A stretch of DNA of 64,000 nucleotides from an uncultured bacterium (lineage in GTDB: Bacteria; Patescibacteriota; Minisyncoccia; Phycocordibacterales; GWA1-40-21), in assembly GCA_963840885.1 (NCBI GenBank), contig CAWJAN010000006.1, positions 46,601 to 110,600 of the forward strand. Direction: 5' to 3'. The translations under genes and the position numbers were made by a program. Numbering within the stretch: the stretch's first letter is position 1; each line of letters starts with the position of its first letter. Positions 34,599-43,896 of the stretch are shown piece by piece. The notes beneath the pieces were generated by a model that saw only the letters and a program-made list of their open reading frames with translations, did not search any database and had not been told where the DNA came from.

Positions 34599-34840
34599 AT
34601 TTTATTTATTGTTAATTTATAATTATTATTAATTTATTTTCAAACTTACTTAATATATTCTAGTTGAAATTTGACGATTATTTTTATATTTATGTATTTT
34701 ATTCGACCAAAAGTAGATATTTAGATGCTTTTTGAATAGAATCGCGATTGATTCATCAGCAATACCTGCACATAGTGTATCAATAATATGAATTTACTAC
34801 TAATATAGATATGTTTACAAGATATTATTTATATTTAAAA

Positions 34841-35298
34841 GTCGCACAATCTCCTTTTTCGGCCATAGTTCTGCAGGGATGACATTGATAGTCTCTGGGA
34901 AGAAAGACAAGAGCAAATAGAAATTGAAGAACTTGATGCAAATGGAGAGAATCTTGAAGTTGATGAGGGACTAGAGGTGTGTCTTTGTGATATAGATAAA
35001 GATGCTTGCCCATTACATAATATGGAAGAAAATGAAGAATAAATCACAAAAACAATGCGATGATTTACTCACTCCCATAATAAAGAAGTTGTTTCCTAAA
35101 TGTTTGCTTTGTGGTGGTGAAACGCAGGTGGCACACCATCACTGCCATAAAAGTAAAAGTTTAGTTCTTCGGTATGATTTAAAAAATTTAATTCCGCTTT
35201 GTAATAGTTGTCATTTCAAACTTCATTTTAATGAAAGTTTCTGGGCATCAAAGATAGTTCAGTCGCACAATCTCCTTTTTCGGCCATAGTTCTGCAGG
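34841..35298. mobile_element. Small cassette bounded by perfect 37-bp direct repeats (gtcgcacaatctcctttttcggccatagttctgcagg at 34841..34877 and 35262..35298). It carries an HNH nuclease ORF.
   Basis: Both copies were read directly from the sequence, with 421-bp spacing. The flanking sequence differs. The cassette sits in an intergenic island between the LPXTG protein gene and ppa. Confidence 0.4.
35032..35289 (+). CDS. Small freestanding HNH endonuclease. The start used here is the second Met; the ORF track begins at 35002.
   Basis: MKNKSQKQCDDLLTPIIKKLFPKCLLCGGETQVAHHHCHKSKSLVLRYDLKNLIPLCNSCHFKLH. The CxxC...HH...N...CxxCH pattern is an HNH/zinc-finger nuclease motif. The last nine codons read into the right-hand direct repeat. 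Confidence 0.6.
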   Translation: MKNKSQKQCDDLLTPIIKKLFPKCLLCGGETQVAHHHCHKSKSLVLRYDLKNLIPLCNSCHFKLHFNESFWASKIVQSHNLLFRP

Positions 35299-35354
35299 TT
35301 AATGAGAACAAAAAACCTGTGACCGATTCATTTAATTCCGACCAGTAAAAATTT

Positions 35355-35909
35355 TTATATTTCCTCCTGAAATCTCTTTTCCCCTTCCTCTATGATTTTA
35401 AATGCTTCCTTTTTGCCGAACCATTTTTTGAAACTGACCTTCTTATTCTCAAGTATCTTGTATTCCTCAAAAAAGTGCTGGACTTCTTTCTTGAAATGCT
35501 CTCCGAGGTCTGACAACTCTTCCACCTCTTTCAATCGCGGATCATTTTCGGCAACTGCGATAATCTTCCAGTCCTGGCCGTTTTCGTCTTCCATATCGGC
35601 AATTCCTATAGGGCGAGCAGGAACGACGCATCCGGAAAAAAGCTCTGTGGAAATAATCACGAGTATATCTAGATGATCTCCGTCCTGTCCTCTTGTCTGA
35701 GGAATGAATCCGTAATCGAACGGATATCTCATTGACGAATGCAGTACGCGGTCCAGGCGTATTTCATCTGTGCTTTCTTCGTATTCATATTTATTGCCGG
35801 ATCCCTTTGGTATTTCGATGACGGCGTTTATTGTTTTTCCCTGCTTAAACCAGGTTTTTATTTTGTGAAAACTCATTGGTCTTAAACGATAAAAGCATTT
35901 GTCTTGCAA
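35355..35909 (-). CDS. ppa: Inorganic pyrophosphatase, family I.
   Basis: IEIPKGSGNKYEYE and DGDHLDILVI (the DGDPLD signature) are present. Confidence 0.9.
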   Translation of the reverse strand: MQDKCFYRLRPMSFHKIKTWFKQGKTINAVIEIPKGSGNKYEYEESTDEIRLDRVLHSSMRYPFDYGFIPQTRGQDGDHLDILVIISTELFSGCVVPARPIGIADMEDENGQDWKIIAVAENDPRLKEVEELSDLGEHFKKEVQHFFEEYKILENKKVSFKKWFGKKEAFKIIEEGEKRFQEEI

Positions 35910-35933
35910 ATGCTTTTATCGAAAAAATTATAT

Positions 35934-36206
35934 TTACTTCTTTCCTTTTGCTTTGTTTATCAAGACGGTGATTCTGGATTTCAATCTTGCTGCCGTGTTT
36001 TTCTTCAGGAACTTTGTCTTGACGGCTTTGTCTATTGCTTTGTAAGCCGATGACAGCTTGGCCTCGGCTTCTTTGGCTTTTCCGCCCTTTACGAGCTTTT
36101 TTATTTCACGCACGGAATTTTCTATGGCTTTTGCCCTGCGGGAATTGAAGACTTCTTTTCTCTCCGCCACGCGCAACGCTTTTTTTGCTGATGATGTTAT
36201 AGGCAT
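35934..36206 (-). CDS. rpsT: Ribosomal protein S20.
   Basis: MPITSSAKKALRVAERKEVFNSRRAKAIENSVRE... fits the S20 family pattern. Confidence 0.85.
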   Translation of the reverse strand: MPITSSAKKALRVAERKEVFNSRRAKAIENSVREIKKLVKGGKAKEAEAKLSSAYKAIDKAVKTKFLKKNTAARLKSRITVLINKAKGKK

Positions 36207-36409
36207 GATATTTGTATTTGGATAAGGAATAAATTAGCATACTTATGCTTTAGAAGCAAATGAATTTCATTAATATAATTTATCCGATATAATCTTTTAG
36301 AATATATTCAAATTAAATTATTGCATGATACTTGACATAGTTTATAATGTATGACATCATGCTAACAGAAAGCAAATGACTTAAAATTGAACTTTGAAAG
36401 GATTGATCA

Positions 36410-36841
36410 ATGAAAAAGAGCTCCGTTACATACGAAAAACCACTTCCGTCGATTTTTAAAATGGTGGGTGAACTTTTTATCTCAAAGGGATTTGATTTAG
36501 CTTGGCCAAGTGGAATAGCAATCGACATGAAAGAAGAACCTAATTGGTTCGATTCATATACATATGGATTAGGTATGCTGAAAAAAGATCCGAAAATGAA
36601 GCCGGAGAAATATTTTTTCGGTCTTTTCGAAAAAAAGGTAAGGCGAAATTTTCTTGGAGCTTTTACTTTTGAGGAGGACGAGAAAAAATTCATTTTTTTA
36701 GTTTATGGTCGAGATAATATTAAGTTAGCCAAGCAATTGGCCGACAAGATAGCATCGATGTACAAGATCAAGATTGTCATTCGTCTTGATTCTGTGAAAA
36801 CTGGAATTGAATATTTTCATTCAGATCATTCAGGAACTTGA
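36410..36841 (+). CDS. Hypothetical protein.
   Basis: 143-aa ORF with a GGA-type RBS and a downstream terminator. This ORF is chosen over the overlapping antisense ORF at 36313..36693. Confidence 0.5.
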   Translation: MKKSSVTYEKPLPSIFKMVGELFISKGFDLAWPSGIAIDMKEEPNWFDSYTYGLGMLKKDPKMKPEKYFFGLFEKKVRRNFLGAFTFEEDEKKFIFLVYGRDNIKLAKQLADKIASMYKIKIVIRLDSVKTGIEYFHSDHSGT

Positions 36842-36852
36842 GTAAGTTGGGT

Positions 36853-36890
36853 GAGCTCCCGCAGTTAATTCTGCCGGGAGCTCTTTTTTA
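36853..36890 (+). terminator. Rho-independent terminator.
   Basis: gagctcccgcag..ctgccgggagctc followed by TTTTTTA. Confidence 0.6.
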
Positions 36891-37017
36891 TTTCTTATTT
36901 TTGTTTTATTCTACAAACGCTATGAGCAAATATAAATCTATGGATTATGTTATAATCCTAGTAATGATAATTGGTCAAATGTAAGTAATTTTTATTGGCA
37001 AAAATTTTATCAAGTAA

Positions 37018-37581
37018 ATGATTTCCAAAATAATCGGCACTGTCTGGGATACGAACGGTAAATTTATGACAGTAGGAGTCGGCGGTGTCGGCTTCAAGAT
37101 TTTTACTACCGCCGAAACAAAAGAAACGGCGATAAAAGGTTCGGAAATTTCTTTGCATACCTACCTTGCGGTACGCGAAGACGCGCTAGACCTTTACGGA
37201 TTTCTATCAGAAGAGGAGCTCGGTTTTTTTGAAATGCTAATTTCTATTTCGGGAATAGGGCCGAAAACTGCTCTGAACATTTTAAGCATCAGCTCGGTGA
37301 CTGCGCTCAAAAGAGCGGTTTCCACTTCCGACGTATCTCACCTCGTAAAAGTTTCCGGCATCGGCAAAAAAATCGCCGATAAAATTGTTCTTGAACTTAA
37401 AGATAAAATTGGTGGCAGCGATGAAGGCGGACCGACACTCCGTGAAGAAGTAGATGCGATAGAAGCGCTCAAAGCTCTTGGCTATTCTCAAAAAGAAGCC
37501 CGCGACGCGCTGAAGCAGGTGGAAGTGAAAACCGGCACAAGCGACAGGATAAAAGAAGCGCTGAAAATACTCGGGAAATAA
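37018..37581 (+). CDS. ruvA: Holliday junction DNA helicase RuvA.
   Basis: MISKIIGTV...GVGFKIF, a HhH pair (ISGIGPKTALNILS, VSGIGKKIADKI) and the C-terminal ALKALGYSQKEARDAL. Confidence 0.9.
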   Translation: MISKIIGTVWDTNGKFMTVGVGGVGFKIFTTAETKETAIKGSEISLHTYLAVREDALDLYGFLSEEELGFFEMLISISGIGPKTALNILSISSVTALKRAVSTSDVSHLVKVSGIGKKIADKIVLELKDKIGGSDEGGPTLREEVDAIEALKALGYSQKEARDALKQVEVKTGTSDRIKEALKILGK

Positions 37582-37590
37582 TTTCAAATT

Positions 37591-37632
37591 AAAAAGCGGA
37601 TTTTTCGCAAAGCGAAAAATCCGCTTTTTTAA
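37591..37632. terminator. Bidirectional rho-independent terminator.
   Basis: aaaaagcggatttttcgc-aaa-gcgaaaaatccgctttttt, lying between the convergent ruvA and mutM genes. Confidence 0.6.
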
Positions 37633-37636
37633 ATAT

Positions 37637-38539
37637 CTATTTCTGATGGCAATCGCAGAAGCTGGCGCTTCGTCCGCCGACTTTTATTTTTTTTATTATT
37701 CCAGTGCATCCTTTCATGCTGCATTTTTCTCCTTCACGCCCGTAAACCTGCTGGATCCTGTGATATCCTCCTTCTTCGCCTAAAGGATTCCTGTAATCGG
37801 ACATAGAATCTCCCCCGACTTTTATGGATTTTTTCAGCACCGCAATGATTGAATGGTAAAGTTTTTTAAGTTTTTCTTCATTTATTTTTCCTACAAGAGT
37901 AAGTGGGTGTATTTCCGCCATCCAAAGCGCTTCATCGGAATAAATATTACCTATTCCCGCGATAAGTTCCTGGTCCATAAGGACAGTTTTTATTTTTCCT
38001 TTCGGTTTTTTGTATAGCCTTTCTTTGAAAGCCTTGTAAGTGAAATTATTTGAAAGCGGTTCGGGCCCTAGCTTTTTCAGGTCCGGCAAATCATTCATCT
38101 TGTCCGTATCAAAAACGAAAACTTTGGCGAATTTTCTCGTATCCGACAAAACCAGATCTTTTCCATCCGAAAGACTGAATACGAGATGTATGAAACGGTT
38201 ATAAGGATCGGCAAGCGGGCCAGATATCGGGGGAAGCCACTTCTTGTTTTTAAACAGGTATTTTCCATATAAAAGATGTCCCGTCATCTTCATGTGCACG
38301 AGTATTGTCTTGTCTCCGGACAGATTGATGAGTACATTCTTTGCTCTGCGTGAAACACTTATGACTTTCCTGTTAATGACCGATTTTCTGAAAACCGGAA
38401 AATATTTCTTGTTCTTCACATCGTCTTTTCCGGCGTAAAAAGAAGAATCATAATCGGTCCAGACATCCAGGATTTTAAGCCCTTTTATTTTCCTGTCTAA
38501 GATGCTGGCTGTAGTTTGTACTTCGGGTAATTCCGGCAT
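37637..38539 (-). CDS. mutM: Formamidopyrimidine-DNA glycosylase (Fpg/MutM).
   Basis: MPELPEVQT N-terminus (catalytic Pro2, Glu3) and the C-terminal CxxC...C..C zinc finger. Confidence 0.9.
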   Translation of the reverse strand: MPELPEVQTTASILDRKIKGLKILDVWTDYDSSFYAGKDDVKNKKYFPVFRKSVINRKVISVSRRAKNVLINLSGDKTILVHMKMTGHLLYGKYLFKNKKWLPPISGPLADPYNRFIHLVFSLSDGKDLVLSDTRKFAKVFVFDTDKMNDLPDLKKLGPEPLSNNFTYKAFKERLYKKPKGKIKTVLMDQELIAGIGNIYSDEALWMAEIHPLTLVGKINEEKLKKLYHSIIAVLKKSIKVGGDSMSDYRNPLGEEGGYHRIQQVYGREGEKCSMKGCTGIIKKIKVGGRSASFCDCHQK

Positions 38540-38543
38540 AAGA

Positions 38544-39809
38544 TTAAAATCGTTTTTTTAATTCCTCCCTGGAAACTTCCGCATCGCTCCATTTTTCCTT
38601 GTGGCCGTTTGCGCGCATTATGTAAGGATCAGTTCCCTTTCCGGTGATTATAACTATTTTCTCGCTGTCGGCATAGCTTATGGCTTTTGCGATGGCTTGC
38701 CTCCTGTCCAGGATTATTTCCTGCTTCTTGTTCTTGAAAAATCTCGCCATGTCTTCCAAAATTTCTTTCGGATCATCATCATAAGGATCTTCGTCAGTAA
38801 GTATCACGGTATCGCACATTTTTTCCGCCACCTCCGCCATGGCTTTTCTTTTCCATTTGTCGCGTCCGCCTCCGCAGCTTCCAAGAACCCCGATTATTTT
38901 TTTGCCAGGGAAAGCTTCATAAATTGCGGTAAGAGATTCCGGAGTATGGGCATAATCCACTATCAGCTTGAAATTCTGATTTTCAGAAACTTTTATGCTT
39001 TCAGCCCTGCCTTTTATCTGCCTCAATTTTTCCACGGCTGATTTTATAATTTTCATATCTATCCCTTCGGATTCTGCATATTTTATGGCGCCTAAGATAT
39101 TGTAGATGTTGAATTTTCCGGAAAGCGGAGATTTTATTTCATTTCCTTTGTAAAAGAAGCTTATCTCATCATTGGCCAGGGAAATCTTTTCCGCATCCTT
39201 TATGGAAAAAGTTATTTTTTCGGCATTTTTAGTTTCAAAAAATCTCCATGCTTCCGCATCATCTGCATTCACCACGACAGCCTTGTTCTTTTTCGGCGAC
39301 TTCTCTAGACCTTTAGCGATAGAAACTTTTGCCGCAACGTATTTTTCATAGCTGCCGTGGGATTCTATATGCTCAGCGGCAAGATTTGTGAAAATAAGCG
39401 CATTCATATAGACGAATTTATTCCTATACTGCTTTGCGGCTTCCGAAGAAATTTCGATTATTGCGTATTCGCATTTCTGATTAACTGCCTGCCTTAAAAA
39501 CTTCTGTATGAAAAATCTTCCCGGCATCGTCATCTTGTGAAGATTCGGCTTTGAATTTTCTCCTATCTTGAAGCGCAAGGTTCCTGCAAGCGCAGTTTTC
39601 TTTCCGGCTTCTTCCAGAATCGCATTTACGAGCTCCACTGTGGAAGTCTTTCCTTTCGTGCCGGTTACCGCAACCACTTTTATCTTCCTTGAAGGAAATC
39701 TGTATATCAAGACCCCTATAAGCGCAAGCTTGTAATGGTAAATCGGCTGAGCAAGATTAAAAATCTTTTTCGGTATAAATTTTTTTGCTGTGCGTAAAAT
39801 CTTATCCAT
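38544..39809 (-). CDS. murE: Mur ligase family protein, most like UDP-MurNAc-tripeptide synthetase MurE. The family call is firm; the specific paralogue is less certain.
   Basis: VAVTGTKGKTST P-loop, and DYAHTPESL...GSCGGGRDKWKR...ILTDEDPYDD in the C-terminal domain. Confidence 0.7.
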   Translation of the reverse strand: MDKILRTAKKFIPKKIFNLAQPIYHYKLALIGVLIYRFPSRKIKVVAVTGTKGKTSTVELVNAILEEAGKKTALAGTLRFKIGENSKPNLHKMTMPGRFFIQKFLRQAVNQKCEYAIIEISSEAAKQYRNKFVYMNALIFTNLAAEHIESHGSYEKYVAAKVSIAKGLEKSPKKNKAVVVNADDAEAWRFFETKNAEKITFSIKDAEKISLANDEISFFYKGNEIKSPLSGKFNIYNILGAIKYAESEGIDMKIIKSAVEKLRQIKGRAESIKVSENQNFKLIVDYAHTPESLTAIYEAFPGKKIIGVLGSCGGGRDKWKRKAMAEVAEKMCDTVILTDEDPYDDDPKEILEDMARFFKNKKQEIILDRRQAIAKAISYADSEKIVIITGKGTDPYIMRANGHKEKWSDAEVSREELKKRF

Positions 39810-40305
39810 TTCTTTTGAAAATAATATATGCGCTTATTCCGAATGACACGCTGACATTGAGCGATTCCTTCTTTCCGAGCATAGGTATTTCGGCAATAAT
39901 ATCACAAAGTCCGAGTATTTCCTCGCTTATTCCTCCGACCTCGTTGCCAAGTACCAGAGCGGTATTTTTTTCCATTTTTATATTTTCAATATCAACTGAT
40001 TTTTTGTCCTGCTCAACAGCGATTATCCTAAAGCCGTTTTTTTTCAGTTTTTTCAAAGCTTCCGCCGTATCCTTGCAATATTCCCATTCTACATAATCCT
40101 CCGCCCCGAGAGCCACTTTCGCTAAATCTTTTCTTTTTCTTCCGAATCTGTCTGTGGGAGCCGGAGTCGTTCCGCAAAGATAAAGTTTGCCGACGCCAAG
40201 CGCGTCAGCGGTCCTGAAGATTGAGCCGACATTATATACGCTCCTTATATTGTCGAGCACCACGGCTTTTTCGTATTCCTGATTCATTTGTCCAGATATT
40301 ATCAA
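39802..40305 (-). CDS. TrmH/SpoU-family RNA 2'-O-methyltransferase.
   Basis: VVLDNIRSVYNVGSIFRTADALGV and LVLGNEVGGISEE motifs. Confidence 0.8.
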   Translation of the reverse strand: MIISGQMNQEYEKAVVLDNIRSVYNVGSIFRTADALGVGKLYLCGTTPAPTDRFGRKRKDLAKVALGAEDYVEWEYCKDTAEALKKLKKNGFRIIAVEQDKKSVDIENIKMEKNTALVLGNEVGGISEEILGLCDIIAEIPMLGKKESLNVSVSFGISAYIIFKRNG

Positions 40306-40392
40306 AAAGCCCGAAAATTAAAAGTTGCGTTGACATAAGCGCTTAAAATACTATACTTCGGCTAAGAGTTCTATAAAAAACGGAGGTATTAA

Positions 40393-40641
40393 ATGCCAGA
40401 AACACTGGGTGTTGAAGACAGGATAAAAAAAGTGGTCGCCAAGCATTTCGGCGTGGAAACAGCCGAATTGAATCACGATACCACTTTCGTGAACGATCTC
40501 GGGGCGGATTCTCTCGATATTGGGGAGCTCGAGATGGCTCTCGACGATGAGTTTCCCGGAATCGAAACCGAAGTTAGAATCGAGGAGGTTAAAAACGTCG
40601 GCCAGCTGGTTGATTACATGATCAAGCTCAACCCCGCATGA
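40393..40641 (+). CDS. acpP: Acyl carrier protein.
   Basis: LGADSLDIGELEMALDDEF, carrying the DSLD phosphopantetheine-attachment site. Confidence 0.85.
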   Translation: MPETLGVEDRIKKVVAKHFGVETAELNHDTTFVNDLGADSLDIGELEMALDDEFPGIETEVRIEEVKNVGQLVDYMIKLNPA

Positions 40642-40711
40642 TTTCGTGCCGATTGAAACCCCTGCCTATACAGCAGGGGTTTAAAATTGGAAACTTTTAT
40701 CTTTTAGCTTT

Positions 40712-41137
40712 ATGTCATATAATACTGGCATGATATTAAATACATTCCCGGATTTGCTGACATTTTCAATATTGTCCCCGCTCATACTGAGAGTCGCTCT
40801 CGGACTTATAGCGGTAAATCTCGGCAGGCTGAAGCTTGCATCGGAGAAAACGGCGTGGCGGGAACTTTTCGAAACGATACATTTCCAGCCAGCCGAATAT
40901 TATGTAAAGGGAATGGCTTTCGTAGAGATAATCGGCGGACTTTTTATACTTGTCGGAGCATACACACAGATAGCGGCTATAGTATTTTCAGTAGTTTTCT
41001 TCTGCGAGATGGTTCTTGAATTCAGGGAAGAAGCTCTTGAAAAGAGGAATCTTTCCTTTTACATGCTGATGTTCGCCATTTCACTCTCTCTTGTCTTTTT
41101 AGGCGCCGGGGCATTCGCTTTCGACAGCATGCTATAA
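40712..41137 (+). CDS. DoxX-like membrane protein (putative).
   Basis: Four hydrophobic helices with a DoxX-like arrangement. The assignment is weak. Confidence 0.4.
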   Translation: MSYNTGMILNTFPDLLTFSILSPLILRVALGLIAVNLGRLKLASEKTAWRELFETIHFQPAEYYVKGMAFVEIIGGLFILVGAYTQIAAIVFSVVFFCEMVLEFREEALEKRNLSFYMLMFAISLSLVFLGAGAFAFDSML

Positions 41138-41385
41138 AAAAAGCGGACGGGAGCTGACCCCATTCCGCTTTGGATTTTTCAGGAGATTATTGGCCTTCGG
41201 AACGCAATCACAGTTAACGGCATCGTACCCTCAAGCAGCAATCAGCGTCCAAAGATTAAATTTTTTTACGGCGTTTTTCCAGCCTTACCTCCTTCATATG
41301 AACTAATGGATAAATTTATCAGAATATTTTTTAAATGCAATAAAAGCGGCGGGCCGAAGGCCCGCCGCTTTTATCTTATTGAAAT

Positions 41386-41598
41386 TTATTTAAGCATGCA
41401 GTGAGAGCAGCATTTGCACATTTTCATAAAGCCGAGAACGATTACTATTATCGGCCAAACGATATTTACAGTGTATGCACTCAAGTAGCCAAATGTCCCT
41501 AGCAAAAAAACAAGGCCGAAAAGAACTATGAGCCAGGAAACCAGCTTGTGGTGTCCGCAGCCGCATACTTTTGCACCTCCATTATTTTGATCCATCAT
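41386..41598 (-). CDS. Small Cys-rich two-TM protein, hypothetical.
   Basis: 70 aa with VCGCGHH at the N-terminus and KMCKCCSHC at the C-terminus. It is flanked by a strong GC-rich hairpin at 41343..41375. Confidence 0.4.
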   Translation of the reverse strand: MMDQNNGGAKVCGCGHHKLVSWLIVLFGLVFLLGTFGYLSAYTVNIVWPIIVIVLGFMKMCKCCSHCMLK

Positions 41599-42361
41599 AA
41601 ATAGTTTATTTTTGATTAAGCTTAATCATTTGTTTCGACCATACATATTATACCAGTTTGCAAAACAAATAAAAAAACCGCATGTGTGCAAATGACCATG
41701 CGGTTTTTCAGCAAACCATCGCTATGTCTTTGTTTCGCATGCCGTCTCCTTCTTCGCCTTGATCAAATGGAAGACCAAAATTATCCCTTCTGCAGATTTC
41801 TGCAGGAAAACATTCCTGCATCGGTCGCAAAATAATTTTTCAATTCCCGGCGAATGAACATGGTACCGCGGCGGGATTTGAGGCGGAAGTTTGACCAATC
41901 GTTCAAACTTCATGCTAAGCATATCGGTTTACCTCCTTTCTCTATTTAAAGAAAATTCACATCTTGTACTCCTGCATACAGTATACCCCAACCAAATGTT
42001 TTTAAAAAATAGCCCGGGGTTTAAACCCCGGGCTTGATCATTATCCTTTCTCTATATTTAAGCTTCCTTTCAAGAAGCTTCCCTTTGCTCGCGCACGGCA
42101 GCGCTGTAGGCTTTCGGAGTAACCTCCTTCCAATCCTTCCCATCATAAATTCGTTTCGATTCGTTCGCCTTTTGACTCCTTTGAATTTGATCGAATGCGA
42201 TATTATGTTTGGGAGGAACAATATAACCACCCACTTTGCTTCCCTTCAACCTATCACTATTTTGAGACATGCGACCCTTTCTTACATCTCAAAATTAACT
42301 TCCTTGTAAATTTTACCGCCGGCAAATATGGGTGTCAATGAAAATACTGTGGAGAAAACCA

Positions 42362-43570
42362 TTAATTTTCTTTTTCGTCGTAAATTGCGTTCAATAAGCT
42401 GAATGTTTTTTGGCCAAAAGTATTTTCTCCGGTAATGCCGTATTTTTTCTGAAAAGCTTTTACCGAAAGATTCGTGCATGTTCCTATGGCTCCGCTGTGA
42501 GGGCATTCGTTTCTCGTCATGCCGGCTGGCGGATAATCCCCGTCCATTATAAGCGCGGTCTGCATGGCATAAATATCTTCAGCATTCGAGCTTGCACTCG
42601 TCACCGGCTCGGTCCAATCATATATATTCTTGCTCGGCTCATATGAAGAAGTGGCCGTAACATTGTCATTTCCGGTGTAGTAGTCTTGCAAACCAAGATA
42701 TGTCTGGTATGCAAGATCTTTGAGAGCGATGCTGCGCGTCAGCGGATTTACGAATTGCGGTTCATATATGTAATCGTATTCTATAAGTATAGCTGCCGGC
42801 TTTGCGGTATTATAAGCGCCGATTCCGATAAGCTGAGGATCGGCAACGAGGCCTGGCTCTTGCACAGGAAGATCGCTTGTCGGATTATACAGACTCAATC
42901 TTTTAAAAACCGCTTCGGCAACAGGTTTTGTGGTGGAACCGTTATCGTAAATATCAGGCGGCATATATTCCACAAAACCGGTGTATTTGCCGACAGCATT
43001 GTATGAATTGCCGCGATAATTATTTACGCAGATATTTATCATGAAGTTTATATCGTTTTCATTCGCCCACTTGGTGGCTCCGTAGATTCTTATGGCATCG
43101 TCTGTCGGCGCTGTATTATGGACTTCGCCGTCGTTGAAAATAGCAGCAATCGCGGGATTTTGAAGAGAGGATTGTTTTGACGCTTGTTCCCAACTTACAA
43201 TATCGTTCCAGTTATTCTGAAAATATTCGGTGAAAGTAGGACTCCATGATTTCGTGTCTCTGGTCGTTGTAGCATTATAGTTTCCGTCAGCTTGCAGAAA
43301 AGCCTGCAGATCCTGGCCGATTTCCACGGCCAAATCGCGCTCATATATTTCGCCGGACGGTGTTGCCATTTCAGTTCCTCCTTCGTCCGGTTCATGCGCG
43401 GGCACGATAAGGACATTTATTTTTTTTGAACTGCTTGCCGATGTATCTGAGGCTGGAACATTCGCCGTCATTGTCGGCGCGAACTTGAAAATATAATGAT
43501 TAGCGGCATATAAAACGCCTGCTATCGCAACGATTCCCAAAAATAATTTAAAAATCAGTTCTTTTTTCAT
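42362..43570 (-). CDS. Secreted cell-wall hydrolase-like protein (possibly amidase-like) with a C-terminal peptidoglycan-binding domain.
   Basis: N-terminal TM/signal. VLIVPAHEPDEGG...ERDLAVEIGQDLQAFLQADGNYNATTTRD loosely resembles the MurNAc-LAA (Amidase_3) N-terminal pattern. The C-terminus IYAMQTALIMDGDY...TCTNLSVKAFQKKYGITGENTFGQKTFSLL fits PG_binding_1. Confidence 0.55.
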   Translation of the reverse strand: MKKELIFKLFLGIVAIAGVLYAANHYIFKFAPTMTANVPASDTSASSSKKINVLIVPAHEPDEGGTEMATPSGEIYERDLAVEIGQDLQAFLQADGNYNATTTRDTKSWSPTFTEYFQNNWNDIVSWEQASKQSSLQNPAIAAIFNDGEVHNTAPTDDAIRIYGATKWANENDINFMINICVNNYRGNSYNAVGKYTGFVEYMPPDIYDNGSTTKPVAEAVFKRLSLYNPTSDLPVQEPGLVADPQLIGIGAYNTAKPAAILIEYDYIYEPQFVNPLTRSIALKDLAYQTYLGLQDYYTGNDNVTATSSYEPSKNIYDWTEPVTSASSNAEDIYAMQTALIMDGDYPPAGMTRNECPHSGAIGTCTNLSVKAFQKKYGITGENTFGQKTFSLLNAIYDEKEN

Positions 43571-43590
43571 TATTTAAATTCTTTTTACTG

Positions 43591-43663
43591 TGCGCCCAGT
43601 AGGAATCGAACCTACGACCGTCTCCTTAAAAGGGAGCTGCTCTACCGACTGAGCTATGGGCGC
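43591..43663 (-). tRNA. tRNA-Lys (anticodon TTT).
   Basis: The reverse complement is GCGCCCA TA GCTCAGTCGGTAGAGC A GCTCC CTTTTAA GGAGA CGGTC GTAGGTTCGATTCCTAC TGGGCGC A. Confidence 0.85.
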
Positions 43664-43896
43664 GTTAGCTTTTAGCAATCAAACTGCTTTGATTGCTCAA
43701 AGACTTACGCGAGCCGGAGCTATGCTTTCTCAGCAAAGAAAGTAAGCGGGGGCAGGGTCGTGGAAGTTTTCTTGCGGCGGCAAGAAAACTATTCCTAACC
43801 ATGATTGCGTCGAAAAAATATAACAATTTTTTAGTCAAAAGTCCAATTTGGCAATGAAAAAACCGCTCTTCATTTCTGAAGAGCGGCGAATATTTC

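Noticed and set aside
34841-35298. Possible CRISPR array from the 37-bp repeats
   Set aside because: There are only two repeat copies, and the intervening 'spacer' is 384 bp and contains an ORF. There are no cas genes. This is not a CRISPR array.
36313-36693. 126-aa minus-strand ORF
   Set aside because: It overlaps the more protein-like plus-strand ORF 36410..36841, which has an RBS-like GGA and a downstream terminator.
41722-42309. Cluster of overlapping 66–91-aa ORFs on both strands
   Set aside because: They are mutually overlapping with no family signatures. The only plausible one (42070..42270, K-rich) is too uncertain to report.
43665-43896. Possible tmRNA, 6S or other ncRNA in the 230-bp gap after tRNA-Lys
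   Set aside because: Local hairpins are present (gttttcttgc-ggcg-gcaagaaaac), but there is no tRNA-like acceptor/T-arm, tag reading frame or other diagnostic motif. This cannot be supported from sequence alone.
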